The translations under genes were made by a program, and so were the position numbers. DNA of 64,000 bases from Camelus dromedarius (taxonomy: Eukaryota), in the NCBI RefSeq assembly GCF_036321535.1, contig NC_087436.1, positions 85,686,001 through 85,750,000 on the forward strand, read 5' to 3'. Positions 1-12,214 of the stretch are shown here, piece by piece (position 1 is the first letter of the stretch; every line of letters begins with the position of its first letter). The notes beneath the pieces were generated by a model. It did not search any database and was not told the DNA's origin. It saw only the letters and a list, made by a program, of their open reading frames with translations.

Positions 1-915
1 TATAAATGATTAATTGTATTTTTATATACCAGTCACAATAAAAAATAAATTTTTTTTCAAATATCATTTACAATAGCATCGAAACAATGAAATATCTAGG
101 ACTAACTATAATAAAAGCCATTCAAGATCCATGTAATGAAAATTGTAAAATGTTCCTGAGTGAAATTAAAAAAATCCTAAAAAAATTGAAGAATATGCCA
201 ATTTTCATGAACCAGAAGATCAATATTGTAAAAATGTCAGTCTCTTCAATTTGATCTATAGATTTAATGCAATGTCAATCTAAATCCCCAAAGGTCATTT
301 TGTTAAAAATTGGCAAGCTAATTCTAAATTTCATATGAAAATACAAAAGGTCAAGAAGAGCCCCTTGAAAAATTGTAAAGACAATCAGACTTAGAGAATT
401 TAGATGACCAGACATCTAGACTTATTATAAGCTTGGGTAATAAAGACTGTGTGATGTTTGCACAAGAATATACAAATCAACCAAAGGAATATAATTGAGA
501 GCACAGAAATATATCCACAATTTGGGGGAGGGGGCGGGTAATTAGATTTATTTATTTTTAATGGAGGTACTAGGGATTGAACCCAGGACATGGTGCAGGC
601 TAAGCACACGCTCTACCACTGGGCTATACCCTCCCTCTATATCTACAATTGTATGGATGCTTTATTGACAATAAAAGCGGCAAAGCAGAGCAGAGGGGAT
701 AGCATGCTCTTTTCAGTAAATGGAGCCAAGTCAACTGAATAGCCATATGGAAAAAAAATGCTACTTGACTCTTACCTCACACCACATACAGTAATCGATT
801 CCAAGTGGATTCTAGTCAAGGCAAAAAGCCAAATCCTAAAGTTTCTGAAGATAAAATATGAAAATATTGTCAAGGCCTGGGAAGAAGAAAATATTTCTTA
901 AATAGGACACAAAAG
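1..915 (+). mobile_element. Old L1 (L1M-type) ORF2 fragment, interrupted by a SINE
   Basis: Degenerate L1 ORF2 motifs (gatcaatattgtaaaaatgtcag; ctaattctaaatttcatatgaaaatacaaaagg; cttacctcacaccacataca) with many stops. Confidence 0.85.
523..637 (-). mobile_element. tRNA-derived camelid (vic-1-type) SINE
   Basis: The reverse complement reads gagggagggtatagcccagtggtagagcgtgtgcttagc...gtcctgggttcaatccctagtacctcc, then an A-rich tail. TSD tatatc(c/t)acaatt at 510-522 and 638-650. Confidence 0.9.
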
Positions 916-1034
916 AGTCGAATTTTGATGAGTCGTAGATTCTACTTCCCACTCAAGAATGCATCAGATACTCAACTTTCAGGCTTTTTTGTTCCAAAGT
1001 GAGCCTTAAATGAAACAATTACTGTATTAGATTA

Positions 1035-1213
1035 TGTTGAAGCCAGAAAGAGGCAAGGGTGATTTCTTCCCTAGAGACTTCAGAGGGAGCCTGGCCTTAC
1101 CTACACCTTGAGTTTTAACTTCTAACCTCCATGATTTTGAGAGAATAATTTCTGTGATTTTAAGCCAGCCAGCTGGTGGTACTTGGCTTCTGCAGCCCAA
1201 GGAAGTGAATACA
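1035..1213 (+). mobile_element. MaLR (MLT1-type) LTR, 3' portion
   Basis: Typical MLT1 end: ttctgtgattttaagcca...gcagcccaaggaagtgaataca. Confidence 0.75.
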
Positions 1214-1339
1214 GCCCTGTTTTATAACTGAGGATTCTGGAGCTGAAGGACGTTATGCAATTTTTTCAGGTTCACACAACTAGTAATTAGCAGAATCCAA
1301 AGTCCAAGCACAGCTATCCGGCTCCAAAGCCCATCCTGC

Positions 1340-1855
1340 CAATTTCTACCTCCAGTTTTGACCTCTTTCCTGAGTCAGTCTTGCAATCTCCAAATGTCTA
1401 CTTTACATTGTCACTTGGATGACAATAGATATCTCTTCCACGTCAAAAATAACAGGTCCAGGATGAATTCTTCATTTTTTTCCCTCTGTCTTTTCCCCCC
1501 AGATTCCCCATCCCGATAACTTGTATCACCATCAACCAATTTTTTTAATTGAAAAACTAGAGTCAACACTGATTACCTCCATTCTTGAATTCCTTCCATC
1601 TAATCCATCAGGAAGTCCTGTTCATTTCACCTCCAAACTAAATCCTGAATCTAGCCATCACTTACCGCCTCCCCTGCAACCATACTGCTCTAGTCAACTT
1701 TGCTCCTACAGTAGCCTCCTGTTTTCTCTCTTACCCCCTAACCACCCAGCTCCATCTGGCAGCCAGGGTGACCTTTTAAAAATGTAAATCAGATCATATT
1801 ACTTCCTGTTTAAAGTTTTCCCACTGTACTTCAATTAAAAGCTAACTCTTGCCAT
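1340..1855. mobile_element. L2 fragment (probably continues at about 2860-3270)
   Basis: L2-like motifs such as cagccagggtgaccttttaaaatgtaaatcagatcat; boundaries approximate. Confidence 0.6.
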
Positions 1856-2054
1856 GAAAGAGAGAGACATTTGTTATTTCTTTGGTTATCCAGAATCCTA
1901 GCCCACTTTCTATCTTAGGGAAATTCCTTGACTTTTGAATTTTGATGAGTGGTAGACTCTGCTTCACTCAAGAATGCATCAGGTCATCACTTTCAGGCTT
2001 TTTTGTCCCAAAGTGAGCATTTGACCACTTAGCCAATTGGCTGTACTTGCCCAC

Positions 2055-2586
2055 TGTGATGGTGGCCTTTATGTGTCAATTGACTGGGCCATAGGATGCC
2101 CAGCTATTTGGCTAAACACTATTCTGGGTGTGTCTGTGAGGGCGTTTCTGGATGAGATTAACATTTGAATCTGTAGACTGAGTAAAGCGGATTGCGCTCA
2201 CCAGTGGAGGTGGGCCTCATCCCATCCCTGAAAGCTATATTAGAAAAATAGGCTGAGAAAGGGAGAATTATTTGAAAGGGAGAATTATTCCCTTTCTCTG
2301 CCTGTCTTTGAGCTGGAGCAATGTCTTGGAGAAGACATTGGTTTTCTCTTGCCTTCAGACTTGGACTGAAACTTACAATACCATCAGCCCTCCTGGTTCT
2401 CCAGCTTATCAACTGCAGCTCTTGGAACTTCTCAACCTCTATGTATGTGACCCAATTCTTTATAATAGAACAGAACAGATGGATAGTTAGATACATGATA
2501 GATAGATAGACAGACAGACAGTCAGACACATACATCCCACATCCTATTGGTTCTGTTTCTCTGGAGAACCCTAATATCCCCATATA
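2055..2586 (+). mobile_element. ERVL MLT2-type solo LTR with internal GATA/GACA microsatellite
   Basis: Starts tgtgatggtg...tatgtgtcaattgactgggcc; near its end cctattggttctgtttctctggagaaccctaata; 5-bp TSD CCCAC at 2050-2054 and 2587-2591. Confidence 0.88.
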
Positions 2587-3769
2587 CCCACCATTTGAAT
2601 CAAGCTTCGGTGCCTGCAGGGCTCTGTCTGGATGGCAGCTGAAGCGGCATTGGCTCCCATCCAATGGAAGTGTCCAGTGACACGGATGGTGGCACAAGCA
2701 CTGGCAATGGCAGCGTCCAGCTGCTGCCCCTTGCTCTTGTCACTTTCCCACATCTGTCCCTGGCAATCCTGTGGACCACCTAAGCTCCTTTCAATAAATT
2801 CCTTTTCTGATAGAATCATCCAATCCGCCTCTGTTACTGCTGCTTACAAAGGGACTTGCAAACGTGGCTTATAAGGCCTTACGAGTGTGGCCACTGCCTC
2901 CTTCTCCAGTTTCATCATGTACCACCTTCCCACTCAATCCCCACACTCCTGCCCCAGGGGCTTTTTCTCCAAACCGTTCCCACCTCGAGTCTTTGGCGCT
3001 CGCCCTTTCCCGAGTGTATGTGGAGGGTCTGTCTTGTTACGAGGCTTCTTTTAGGAAGGACTGTCCTGACTGTGCGATTTAAAGCTTTTTCATTTTACTA
3101 ATTTATTTTTTGTTTCCTGCACTTGTAACTATCTAAAAATATCTTATTCTTCTTAGAAGATACCCCGGGGAGCAGGGACCCCTCTGTTGTGTCAGCGCTG
3201 CCTCCCCAGGGCCCTGGATGATGCCAGGCATACAATCAATGTGCAGGAATCGTTTGCAGGATAGAGAAAATGGAGGCCCCTTGAGGGAGGGCCCCAGGCC
3301 AGACTTCTCGGACGCCTTCTGCCCTGGCTCCAGCCCTCAGTCTTCAGGCCTCAGCATTCATTTCTGAGTGCAATACACTCATGAATTTTGTCTTTCTGAG
3401 GATCCAGGCTTTGTCCCCCTCAGGGTGTCAGCAGGGGTGGTTCTGTTTGTGTCGATGGCTGCCATTTAAACCCTGAAAGCTGCTAGAGTGTTTGACAGTG
3501 AGAAGTTAGCAGGCCAAAAACCGCAATTGCCCCCAAGCTACAAATGTCATCAAGGGAGCCCTGGCTGTGTTGGCAACAAAGGGCATGCAGCAGTACTTTT
3601 CACTGAGAAGCAACAATATAAAAAGAAATTTTTTTTCTTTGCTGTGGTCTGTCTTCATCCTATTACTATGATGCTTGCTAGAGCAGAGGAGGGTCTGGTT
3701 TTTCAGGCTTTGGAGAAACGTTCATACGGCCAGCTTGGTTGGGATGCACAGGGGGAGCAGGACCAGGGA

Positions 3770-3990
3770 TACAGGGAAAGGAGGAGGGGGGAAAGGGAGG
3801 ATGGAAAGAGCAGATCTCACAGGGCTGAAGGGAGTTGGAGGGAAGGAGAGGAGGGATCAGAGAGGACGAGAAGATAGAGGGAAGGAAAAGAGGATGGAGT
3901 AAGGAAAAAGGAGAAGGACTGGAGGAGAAAGAGGAAAGGAAAGGAGAGGAGAGGGAGGGGTGGAGAGGACAGTGAGGGTGGGGAAAGGGC
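3770..3990 (+). repeat. Purine-rich (GA) low-complexity tract
   Basis: About 220 nt dominated by G and A. Confidence 0.85.
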
Positions 3991-4214
3991 AGCAAATTCA
4001 GGGAACTGTGGATCCTGGACCAGTTTTTGTTTTTGTTTTTTTGTTTTTTTAAGTTCTGATAAGAGCAAGTTTCCTCAGTGAGTATCTGAAAGGAACGCTT
4101 GTTTTTCATCTGGATCCCTTACACTATCTTCCAGTCCTTTACACTGCCGACTCCTGTTCAATACCCGTGGTCATAGCAGGACCACGGAGTGCACTGACCC
4201 ACTGACTGAGCACC

Positions 4215-4410
4215 AAACACGGTTTTAAGGACCTTACCTGTGTTAACTCTTAATCCTCACAGCAACCCTGTGAGGTGAGGTCAGCATCTTTTTTTTTTTT
4301 TTTTAGTTGGGAAAACTGAGACACAGAGAAGTTACATAACTTGTCAAAAGTCACACATCTGATAAAGTGATGGAGCTGGAATTCAATTCCAAGCAGTCTA
4401 GCTTCAGAGT
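4215..4410. mobile_element. MIR SINE
   Basis: Core motifs taatcctcacagcaaccctgtgagg, gaaaactgagacacagagaagt and gagctggaattcaattccaagcagtct. Confidence 0.8.
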
Positions 4411-7190
4411 TAAATAAACATTCAATAAATATTTGTTGTCTATTCCAAGCACCGTAATATCTCTTCCAATTCCCCAGGCAAAGAGGACTCTTCCTTTCTC
4501 TGTGCTCCTGAGTCACTGTGTGTACCCCAATCCCATTGTATTAAGTGGTGCACATATGCCCAGCCTCCCCCAGGAACCTGGACGTTTCTGGAAGGCACCA
4601 TCTCTGTCTTGTTGATCACTGTAAATCTGGCACCCAGTCCTGTGCCTCATACAGAGCAGGTCCTTGGAAAATGTTGGATAATTAGCATTAAAGGATTGAT
4701 TAACATTATCTGCTGTAACTTTGAAGGTAGTGCCTCAGACTCTAGAATGGTAGGCTTCACTTGGCTAGTAGGGAAAATGCCCAAGCAGCAGCTAAGGCAG
4801 CCCAGAGAGAAGGGGTACAACTGGCCACCCCAGTCTTGATGCATCTACTGCAAACCTGTGGAACCCAAAGCAAGACTAGGAGTTGATGGGGGGTGGGGTT
4901 GGGAATAAACCAAGGGAGAGGGATCACTGAAGCCAGGGGAGGAGGCGTTACGACATAATGCACGTTTCCCAAGGGGCTGTGTGCATCCCAGAAGGGTTCA
5001 GGCCTGACCGTTCGTGTCTGGGTTCAGAGTCACAGCCAGGGCTGCATTTATCATTTGCTCACGTCTCAGAGAAGGCCTGGGGTGGGGGACAACATGCAAG
5101 AGAAAGGTCATCACCTCTTCTCAGCAGATGCTGCTGCATTCACAGAATTGCGGACTTAAGAGATCAACCAGTCTAGTGGTTTTTACCACCTTTTCCTGCC
5201 TTTGAGTAGCAGACCTCTTTCTTCTAACCCGATACATAAACCAGATAAACGTGAGGTAGTTCTGGTTAAACCAAGGGTAAAGACACAAACCCCCACCCAT
5301 TCCCAACCTTGTGTTTACTGAGTATTTTGAAAACCACTGTTATATCATGACCATCTCATTTCAAAGATGGTGAGTCCAACCCAACAGAGCTTTAAGGACC
5401 CATATGAAGTCACTTCGACACTGAGCAGCGTTTGAGTGGGATTCGACAGATCTGAAGAAGTTTCCTCCATCATGTCTGTCTGCGTCTTTTATAGTAAATC
5501 CAAGTCCCCTGAAAACAGTGATGAGGACGGTGCTCTGTACTGCGTAGCGTGTGCTTTTCAGGGTGCTCTCTGGAGCCCACAGCTGAAACGCCTCTACTTG
5601 TTGGGACCAGCCCATGGCCAGATTAGACAAATAGCAAAGCCCTGAGTTGTATTCTGTGCACTTTCATGAAACACTGGCCAGGCTGAAAAACTCTTTTTCA
5701 GATGTGGCAGTATAATTTGTTGAAAGCTTAATTTGTACGACCGGCAGAAGTTGCCGGAAGAAAACGTCCCCTCCCTTTAGTAACCTTCGTCTTTTTAAAG
5801 CCCAGGTTCATAGAAGGCATCATGCTCAGTTTGCCCAGAATGGGGGACGAGGCGAGTGGGGACCTGCCAGGGAGGCCGGGGACATATTTGAGGGGACTCT
5901 GAGAGTCACAGGCGTAGGAAATGGAAAGTCGAACCCTCAGATGTCAAGACCCTCAGCCAAGGCTGCTTCAGGAAGAACATACACGGAGCACCGTACTGCC
6001 AGCACTTACCAGGGATTATCACATTTAATTTAGCCTGTGAGCTGGGAGCTCTTCTTCTTTCTATTTAACAAATGAGGCAACTGAGGCTCTGAGAAATTAC
6101 ATGACGCACCTAAAGTCTTCAAGCTAACAAATGGCAAAGCTGGAATTAACATTCAGGTCTTCTCGCCTCCAAACACCAAACATTAATCATGATAATGTTC
6201 TTTTCACAATTTCTTTATTCTGAAGTGGAAGCTGATGGAATACCCCAAAATACAATTCAGCAAAAGCGTTTCTGGGGTTATGGTGCAGTATAGCGTCGTC
6301 TGGGCACGCGGCTGTCTTATGTTCACGGATAGGACTTGAATTTCACAGGGGAGGAGACATGAACCGATTATTCTTTAGATAATTGTGCATAAGCATTGTT
6401 TCCATCAACTAGGCTTTTTGACGGCTTCTGAATGTCAGGGAGGTGGAGGTTATATGGCCTGACAAGTACCTGGAGTGCAGCTATTTTCGTTGTCGGTTAA
6501 GAGCAGGCTGATCTTTACTCATCAGCCCAAACAGGGCTGAGGATTGACATTCTTGGGCATAGGGGAGTTGCCATCATTGGAGAACAGTTCAAAGAGAAAG
6601 TGATAACCCATTGTTATCTGAGCAGGGAATATCTAATGTAACCCTAGTGTGGTTTGGCTTTATTTTAATCATAGGCAACTGTAGATGCATGTATGTGATT
6701 AGAAAATAACTCCTTTTCTTCCAATTTCCTTTAGACAGCTAAGAAAAGCTAATAATCTTACTTTTAAAATACATTGAATAAAAATCAGTCCAGGCACACT
6801 AATATTCCTTCTACTCTCTCAGCCCTTCTTTTACTTACTAAAGGATATTATACTTTCAGATTTAATTAACCTTTAATGAGCACGTGCCCTTTGCCTGGCA
6901 CTGCTCTTGGCTTCCTCATGGGGGTCATCTTTATTTAATAAACTGACTAAAGTCTATTATTACATACTTCCCCCTACTTTGTTTTTAACCCAAACAAATG
7001 TATGCCAACCTTACATTTGTTAGAAGTGGACTAAAAAAAAAGGTCTCAGATTTCCAACAGCAGTACATTTCTTATCTGGAAACATCAGGCTTTTGGTATG
7101 TCCATGCTATGGGAAATTATAAGTTTAATTTACATGTAGTGATCTGGAGTAATAATCATGATACAGTGGAAGTTAAAAATGTAAGTTGTA

Positions 7191-7820
7191 TACAATGAGG
7201 TATCACCTCATACTGGTCAGAATGGCCATCATCAGAAAATCTACAAAAATTAAATGTTGGTGAGAATGTGGAGAAAAAGAACCCTCTTATACTGTTGATG
7301 GGAATGTAAATTGGTGCAGCCTCTATGGAGGACAGTATGGAGGTTCTTTAAAAAACTAAAAATAGAGTTACCATATGATCCAGGAATCCCACTCCTGGGT
7401 GTATATCCAGAGGGAATCTTAATTCAAAAAGATACCTGCACCCCAATGTTCATAGCAGCACTATTTACAATAGCTAAGACATGGAAACAACCTAAATGTC
7501 CATCAAAAGATGACTGGATAAAGAAGATGCGGTGTATATGTACAATGGAATACTACTCGGCCATAAAAAGGGATGAAATAATGCCATTAGCAGCAACGTG
7601 GATGGACCTACAGATTATCATACTAAGTGAAGCAAGTCAGACAGAGAAAGACAAATATCATATGATATCACTTAAATGTGGAATCTAAAAAAAGATACAA
7701 AGAAACTTATTTATAAAACAGAAATAGACTCACAGACATAGAAAACAAACTTGCAGTTACTTAAAGGGAAAGGCAGGGGAAGGATAAATTAGGAGCTTGG
7801 GATAAAAAATAAAAAACTTA
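7191..7820 (+). mobile_element. 5'-truncated L1: ORF2 C-terminus and part of the 3'UTR
   Basis: ORF 7311-7688 ([32 protein letters not shown]...CTPMFIAALFTIAKTWKQPKCPS) is the L1 ORF2p C-terminal region. It has an A-rich end and a diverged candidate TSD at 7175-7190 and 7821-7836. Confidence 0.95.
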
Positions 7821-7874
7821 AAAACTGTAAATTTTAGAATATAGATTGATTCCATTTCTTTAAAGAACAAGAAT

Positions 7875-7905
<31 letters not shown>

Positions 7906-7937
7906 GTATACGTATATATAAGTGTGTATATATATAT
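7875..7937. repeat. Compound (TG)n(TA)n microsatellite
   Basis: Seen directly in the sequence. Confidence 0.9.
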
Positions 7938-10639
7938 CATAGAAAGATATAGAAGGAACTATATCAAAGTTAACATTCATTACCTAAGGGGGAGTAAGAA
8001 TTGAACAAATCATTTCAAAACTAGAGTATATTACATACAAATTAGAAAGAAATTTAAAAATAACAGCCTTGGTGCCAGAGAAGTCTGGAAAACTTACAGA
8101 CAAGGAAGATGGACTTCCTCCAGTATCTTCCTGATGAATTCAAAGAGGAGTCTCTCTTTAGGAGGCTGGGAAATGCTCCCCAAGTGCCCCAGGACCAGAA
8201 ACCTTCCAGCAAGAGTCACAGTCAACCACACCAAGGTAGGATGGGATTTCAAGCTGCTAAACTGCAGGGAACTTTCAGTGGTTTCCCAACTGTGGTCTGT
8301 GATGGACTAGAGAGTCCTGGGGTAGCTGTGGAAAAGGGGGGACATGTCCAGGCAGACATAACTAATCGACCACAGCACTCTTTTTTGCTGAACCTGTTTG
8401 AGGTCTCTGTATCCCTCTCAACAAAGCTGCTCCTAGTGGTTGCTGATTGATTAGCTCACCAAACCAAAACCATTTTCACATCAGATTATAATGTCAACTG
8501 GAATATTTGGATGCAAGCAGTGAAGAAAGTCAGTTCACCCGTACAAGCTTTCTATACCACATACTCCCCAAGAGTAAAACATACCCTGATTAGAAGCAAA
8601 TGATGCTGTGTAAGGGAGGTTCTGCACTCGGGTCAGGTGGCCTGTCGTGTGGACACAAATGTTTTCAGCTGCCCTAGAATGTCTGTTTACATCCTGAGAC
8701 AGACAGCCATGGCCAGAGTTCTTGCATGGCCTCACTTTTCACTAGCTACAGAACAAGAGCAGCTGCTAAGCCACAGACCACAAAGAAAAAGGTCAGTCTC
8801 ATAAAATCCACCAGGGTCCTGCTTGAAAAGCACACACACTTTCAGAGCCAACCATGGACGAAGACACCAAGGCGAGCTCCTTGAGAACATTCATTTCAAT
8901 TAGGAGCATTTACCCTGAGGACAGAGGCCGTGTGAGGTTAAACCCCTCATAGAACTCACATCATAAAAGCTGCACTTAACCAACGAAAGTGGAATCGACA
9001 GTGAAGGAGGCATATGGGTGACAGCTTGTTCATTTATAAGCAACAATAACAACTGTTGAAGCAAAGGAAATGTGGTATTTCCACCCTCATGCTCGCTGAT
9101 CTGAAATTCGTGATTGGGCCTCCCTCTCTAACGCTCCTCTCTGCACTTCAGACCCCAGCCCCTCTACCAACACAATGTTTTGTTTTCCTTACCAGGCTCG
9201 AATGAATAAAATTGTTCTGAGAAATATAAAGGGGGAAATGTTCTTTAAGGATAAGAGGAAGTTCACAGGGTACATAAGGGAGGAGGCAGATCACGAAGCT
9301 AGGAAATCAACAGATTATTCTGGAGCCTCGACCACCATTCTCACTAACGTTTAGAGCAGCTGGTAATAGGTAACAAAATGGTTGATTTGCTTTCTTCCCC
9401 TTCTCTCATGTTTTTGAAGGTGAAAGGAAATGGCTAAAACAACATCCAAAGCCCAAGAAGGACAATAAGGAGCTTGCCCATACCAGCTGGCTGAGGGCGA
9501 CATTGCTGTTTAAAACTTGGAGGTCAAAAAACCAAGAGCTTGCCTCCCAAGTCCACTGCTCATAGCTGTGAGGTTTCAGGGAAGGGGGTGAGCCGCTCAG
9601 AGGCAGTTTTCTCACCTTTAAATGGAGATAAATCGTACTTACCTCCTAGTGTTATTTTGAGGCTTTAAATAAGGTAATGTGTGTAACACATCTATTGGAG
9701 GATGAAGAAAAATGCCCATCAAACTGAGAAGGTGTCTTGAGATGGAAAAGTGAGGCAGGCAGCTCTATTTTATCAATGGATCACTTTCTTATAGGGCAAC
9801 CTACTCACAGGGTGGATGGGGCGGACAACCATCTGAAAGTATTTACACCTACACTCCACACTGCTGAGAGGCCAATGGAACAATTTTATAGATCACGTCG
9901 GGCATGGGGGTACGTGCTTGGAAACAGGGAGTGCAATCCTAAGTCAAGATTTATGAATCAGTAACTAGTCTCATGGGCACTGGGAATACGTCAACAAAGG
10001 TCTTCACCATTGTCTGGAGACTACAGGAGCACAGAGGCCGTAATGATTATTAAACAATACCTATTAGCAACAAAGCCCTTAACGACAGAGAAGTGATTTA
10101 CTGCACAATACAGTCCTGGGTAGGATCAGTGGAAGAACAAGAGGACCTGTGCGGGCCAAAGATGGTGTCAGTTATGCTAACGGACATACGACATCTAATA
10201 TAGGTCCAGGCATTCAACAAATGGTATCTATCATCACCATCTTCCTCACCATTGCCATTATCATCACTGAGAATTATCCAAACAAGGGAACATATCAGGT
10301 ATCACTAAACATCTAGAAAGTTCCCAGAGACCTAAATGACTGAAAGAGTGAGTACATGTTGTAAGAGAATCAAATATGCAGTGTCATCTTACAAAGCAAG
10401 AATCACTGAAATTTAATTCGTTCAAATAATTTGAATACTCATCAGCTGCAAACAAACATGAGAGAAATTTGGGGGATCATGTTCTAAAACCGTGGGGATG
10501 GTTGCATAACTCTAAAATTTTAATAAAATCACTGAATTATACACTTACAATGAGTGAGTGTTATGGTATGTTAATTATACCTCAATAAAGGTGCTAAAAA
10601 TATTCTCTGTGGGCAGGAGCTGAAGGGGGATTCAGATAA

Positions 10640-11165
10640 CAGGAAGAATAGAAACTACCTTGCAGGCAGCCCAGAAAGACAAAAAGAAGGAACATATGAA
10701 AGCCAGATTAAGAGACATGGAGGACAGAGTGAGAGGTTCTGAGATGCAATGAATTGGAATCCCAGACGGAGAAGAGAAACAGGATGGGCAGAGGCAATTT
10801 AAAAAGGGCTGAGAATTTCCCGGTATCGATGAAAAACACCAATCCATAGATTCAAAGAGTCCAGAGAATCCCCAATCAGATAAATATAAAAAAATTCAAG
10901 CTTAGACATATCACAATGAAACCAAAGACAAAGAGAATGTTAGAAGAATAAAGAAAAAAAAAAAAAAGACAGATAACTATCTTCAAAAGAATAGATTGAT
11001 CTGACTTCCCAATAGCAACAATGGAGACCAGAAGAGAGTGGAAATAAGCAAGCTGAAAATATAATTGCTATCCTTGAGTTTTATATCCAATGAAAATATT
11101 TTTGAGGTAATTTAGACAGCAAAAACTAAGAAGATTTGCCACCTACAGACCTTCACTAAAATAAA
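10640..11165 (+). mobile_element. Old L1 ORF1-region fragment
   Basis: L1 ORF1-like motifs (aattggaatcccaga, ggctgagaatttccc, caacaatggagaccagaagagagtggaa, agaccttcactaaa). Confidence 0.7.
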
Positions 11166-11245
11166 GTTCCTGCTCTGTTTTTTACAAACAGTGAAACTAC
11201 ATTTCATCCACATACTGGACCTTGAATATTCCCCAAATCTACACA

Positions 11246-11370
11246 AGGGTTATTAAAATATAGGACACCAGTTAAGTCTGAATTTCAGATAAACAATAAA
11301 TACATTTTTAGTATCTATGTCCCCAGTGTTGCATGGGACATTTAACTGGATGTTTTATCTGGCAACCCTA
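11246..11370. mobile_element. MER53-like hAT MITE
   Basis: agggtt...aaaatataggacaccagttaagtctgaatttcagataaacaa, ending tctggcaaccct. Confidence 0.7.
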
Positions 11371-11780
11371 GTCTAGCCAAGGCTAGAAATGTCAGAGACA
11401 GAGTTGGAAATCTGCTTGTAGGTGACAGCCACATCCTGGGGATGAGATGAGATAGACCAGTGTTTGGTGGGAGCATGTCAGACAGGAAGAAGACATTAAG
11501 GACCAGACCCTGTGCAATTGTGACCTTTGGAAGGGTGATAGAGAAAAACAAGAGGAGGACCAGGGAGGGCAGGCCAGGAGGCAAGTTCCAAGGAGGAGCA
11601 GAAAGCATCATTCAGCAAGTACTGAGTGTCGGCTACAGACCAGGCAGTGTTCTAGACACTGTTCTAACTAATACAATAATTGAAAAGAGTGCTCTGAAGT
11701 AAGCACTTTGGAGATCACTTTTAGTTTTTAGAGGGCCAATTTCAGGACTCTAATGAGGAACAGGTCACCTGAGACTCTTC

Positions 11781-12214
11781 TGTCATGGATTGAGTTGTGT
11801 CCTACCAAGTTCATATGCTGAAGTCGTAACGGTAACATCCGGTACCTCAGAATTGACCTTGTTTGGAAATGAGTCCATTGCAGATGTAATTAGTTAAGAT
11901 GAGGTCACACTGGAGTGGGGTGGGCCCTTAATCCGTCCTTATAAAAAGGAATTTGGACACAGACACACAGAGGGAGAACACCATGGGAGGAGGGCCGAGA
12001 TCTACAAGCCAGGGGATGCCGAGGATCACCAGCAAACCCCTAGAAGTTAAGAGAGAGGCGAGGGACCGATGCTCTCTGACAGCCCTCAGAAGGACTTCTG
12101 CCAATGCCTTGATCTTGGACTTACAGCCTCCAGAGTTGTGAGGCAATAGGTAACAGTTGTTTCAGCCCCCCAGTTTGTGGTACTGTGTTACAGCAGCTCC
12201 AGCAGACTCATACA
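11781..12214 (+). mobile_element. MaLR MLT1-type solo LTR
   Basis: TG...CA termini (tgtcatggattgagttgtgtcc ... gcagactcataca) and internal gcagatgtaattagttaagatgaggtcac. Confidence 0.9.

Noticed and set aside
2158..2697. Longest ORF in the track (179 aa)
   Set aside because: It lies antisense across an MLT2 LTR and a GATA microsatellite and has no recognisable domain.
3488..4109. Overlapping R/G/E-rich and S/P/F-rich ORFs
   Set aside because: These are artefacts of the stop-poor purine-rich tract.
7311..7688. 125-aa ORF as a host gene
   Set aside because: It is the L1 ORF2p C-terminus in a 5'-truncated element, and it starts at TTG.
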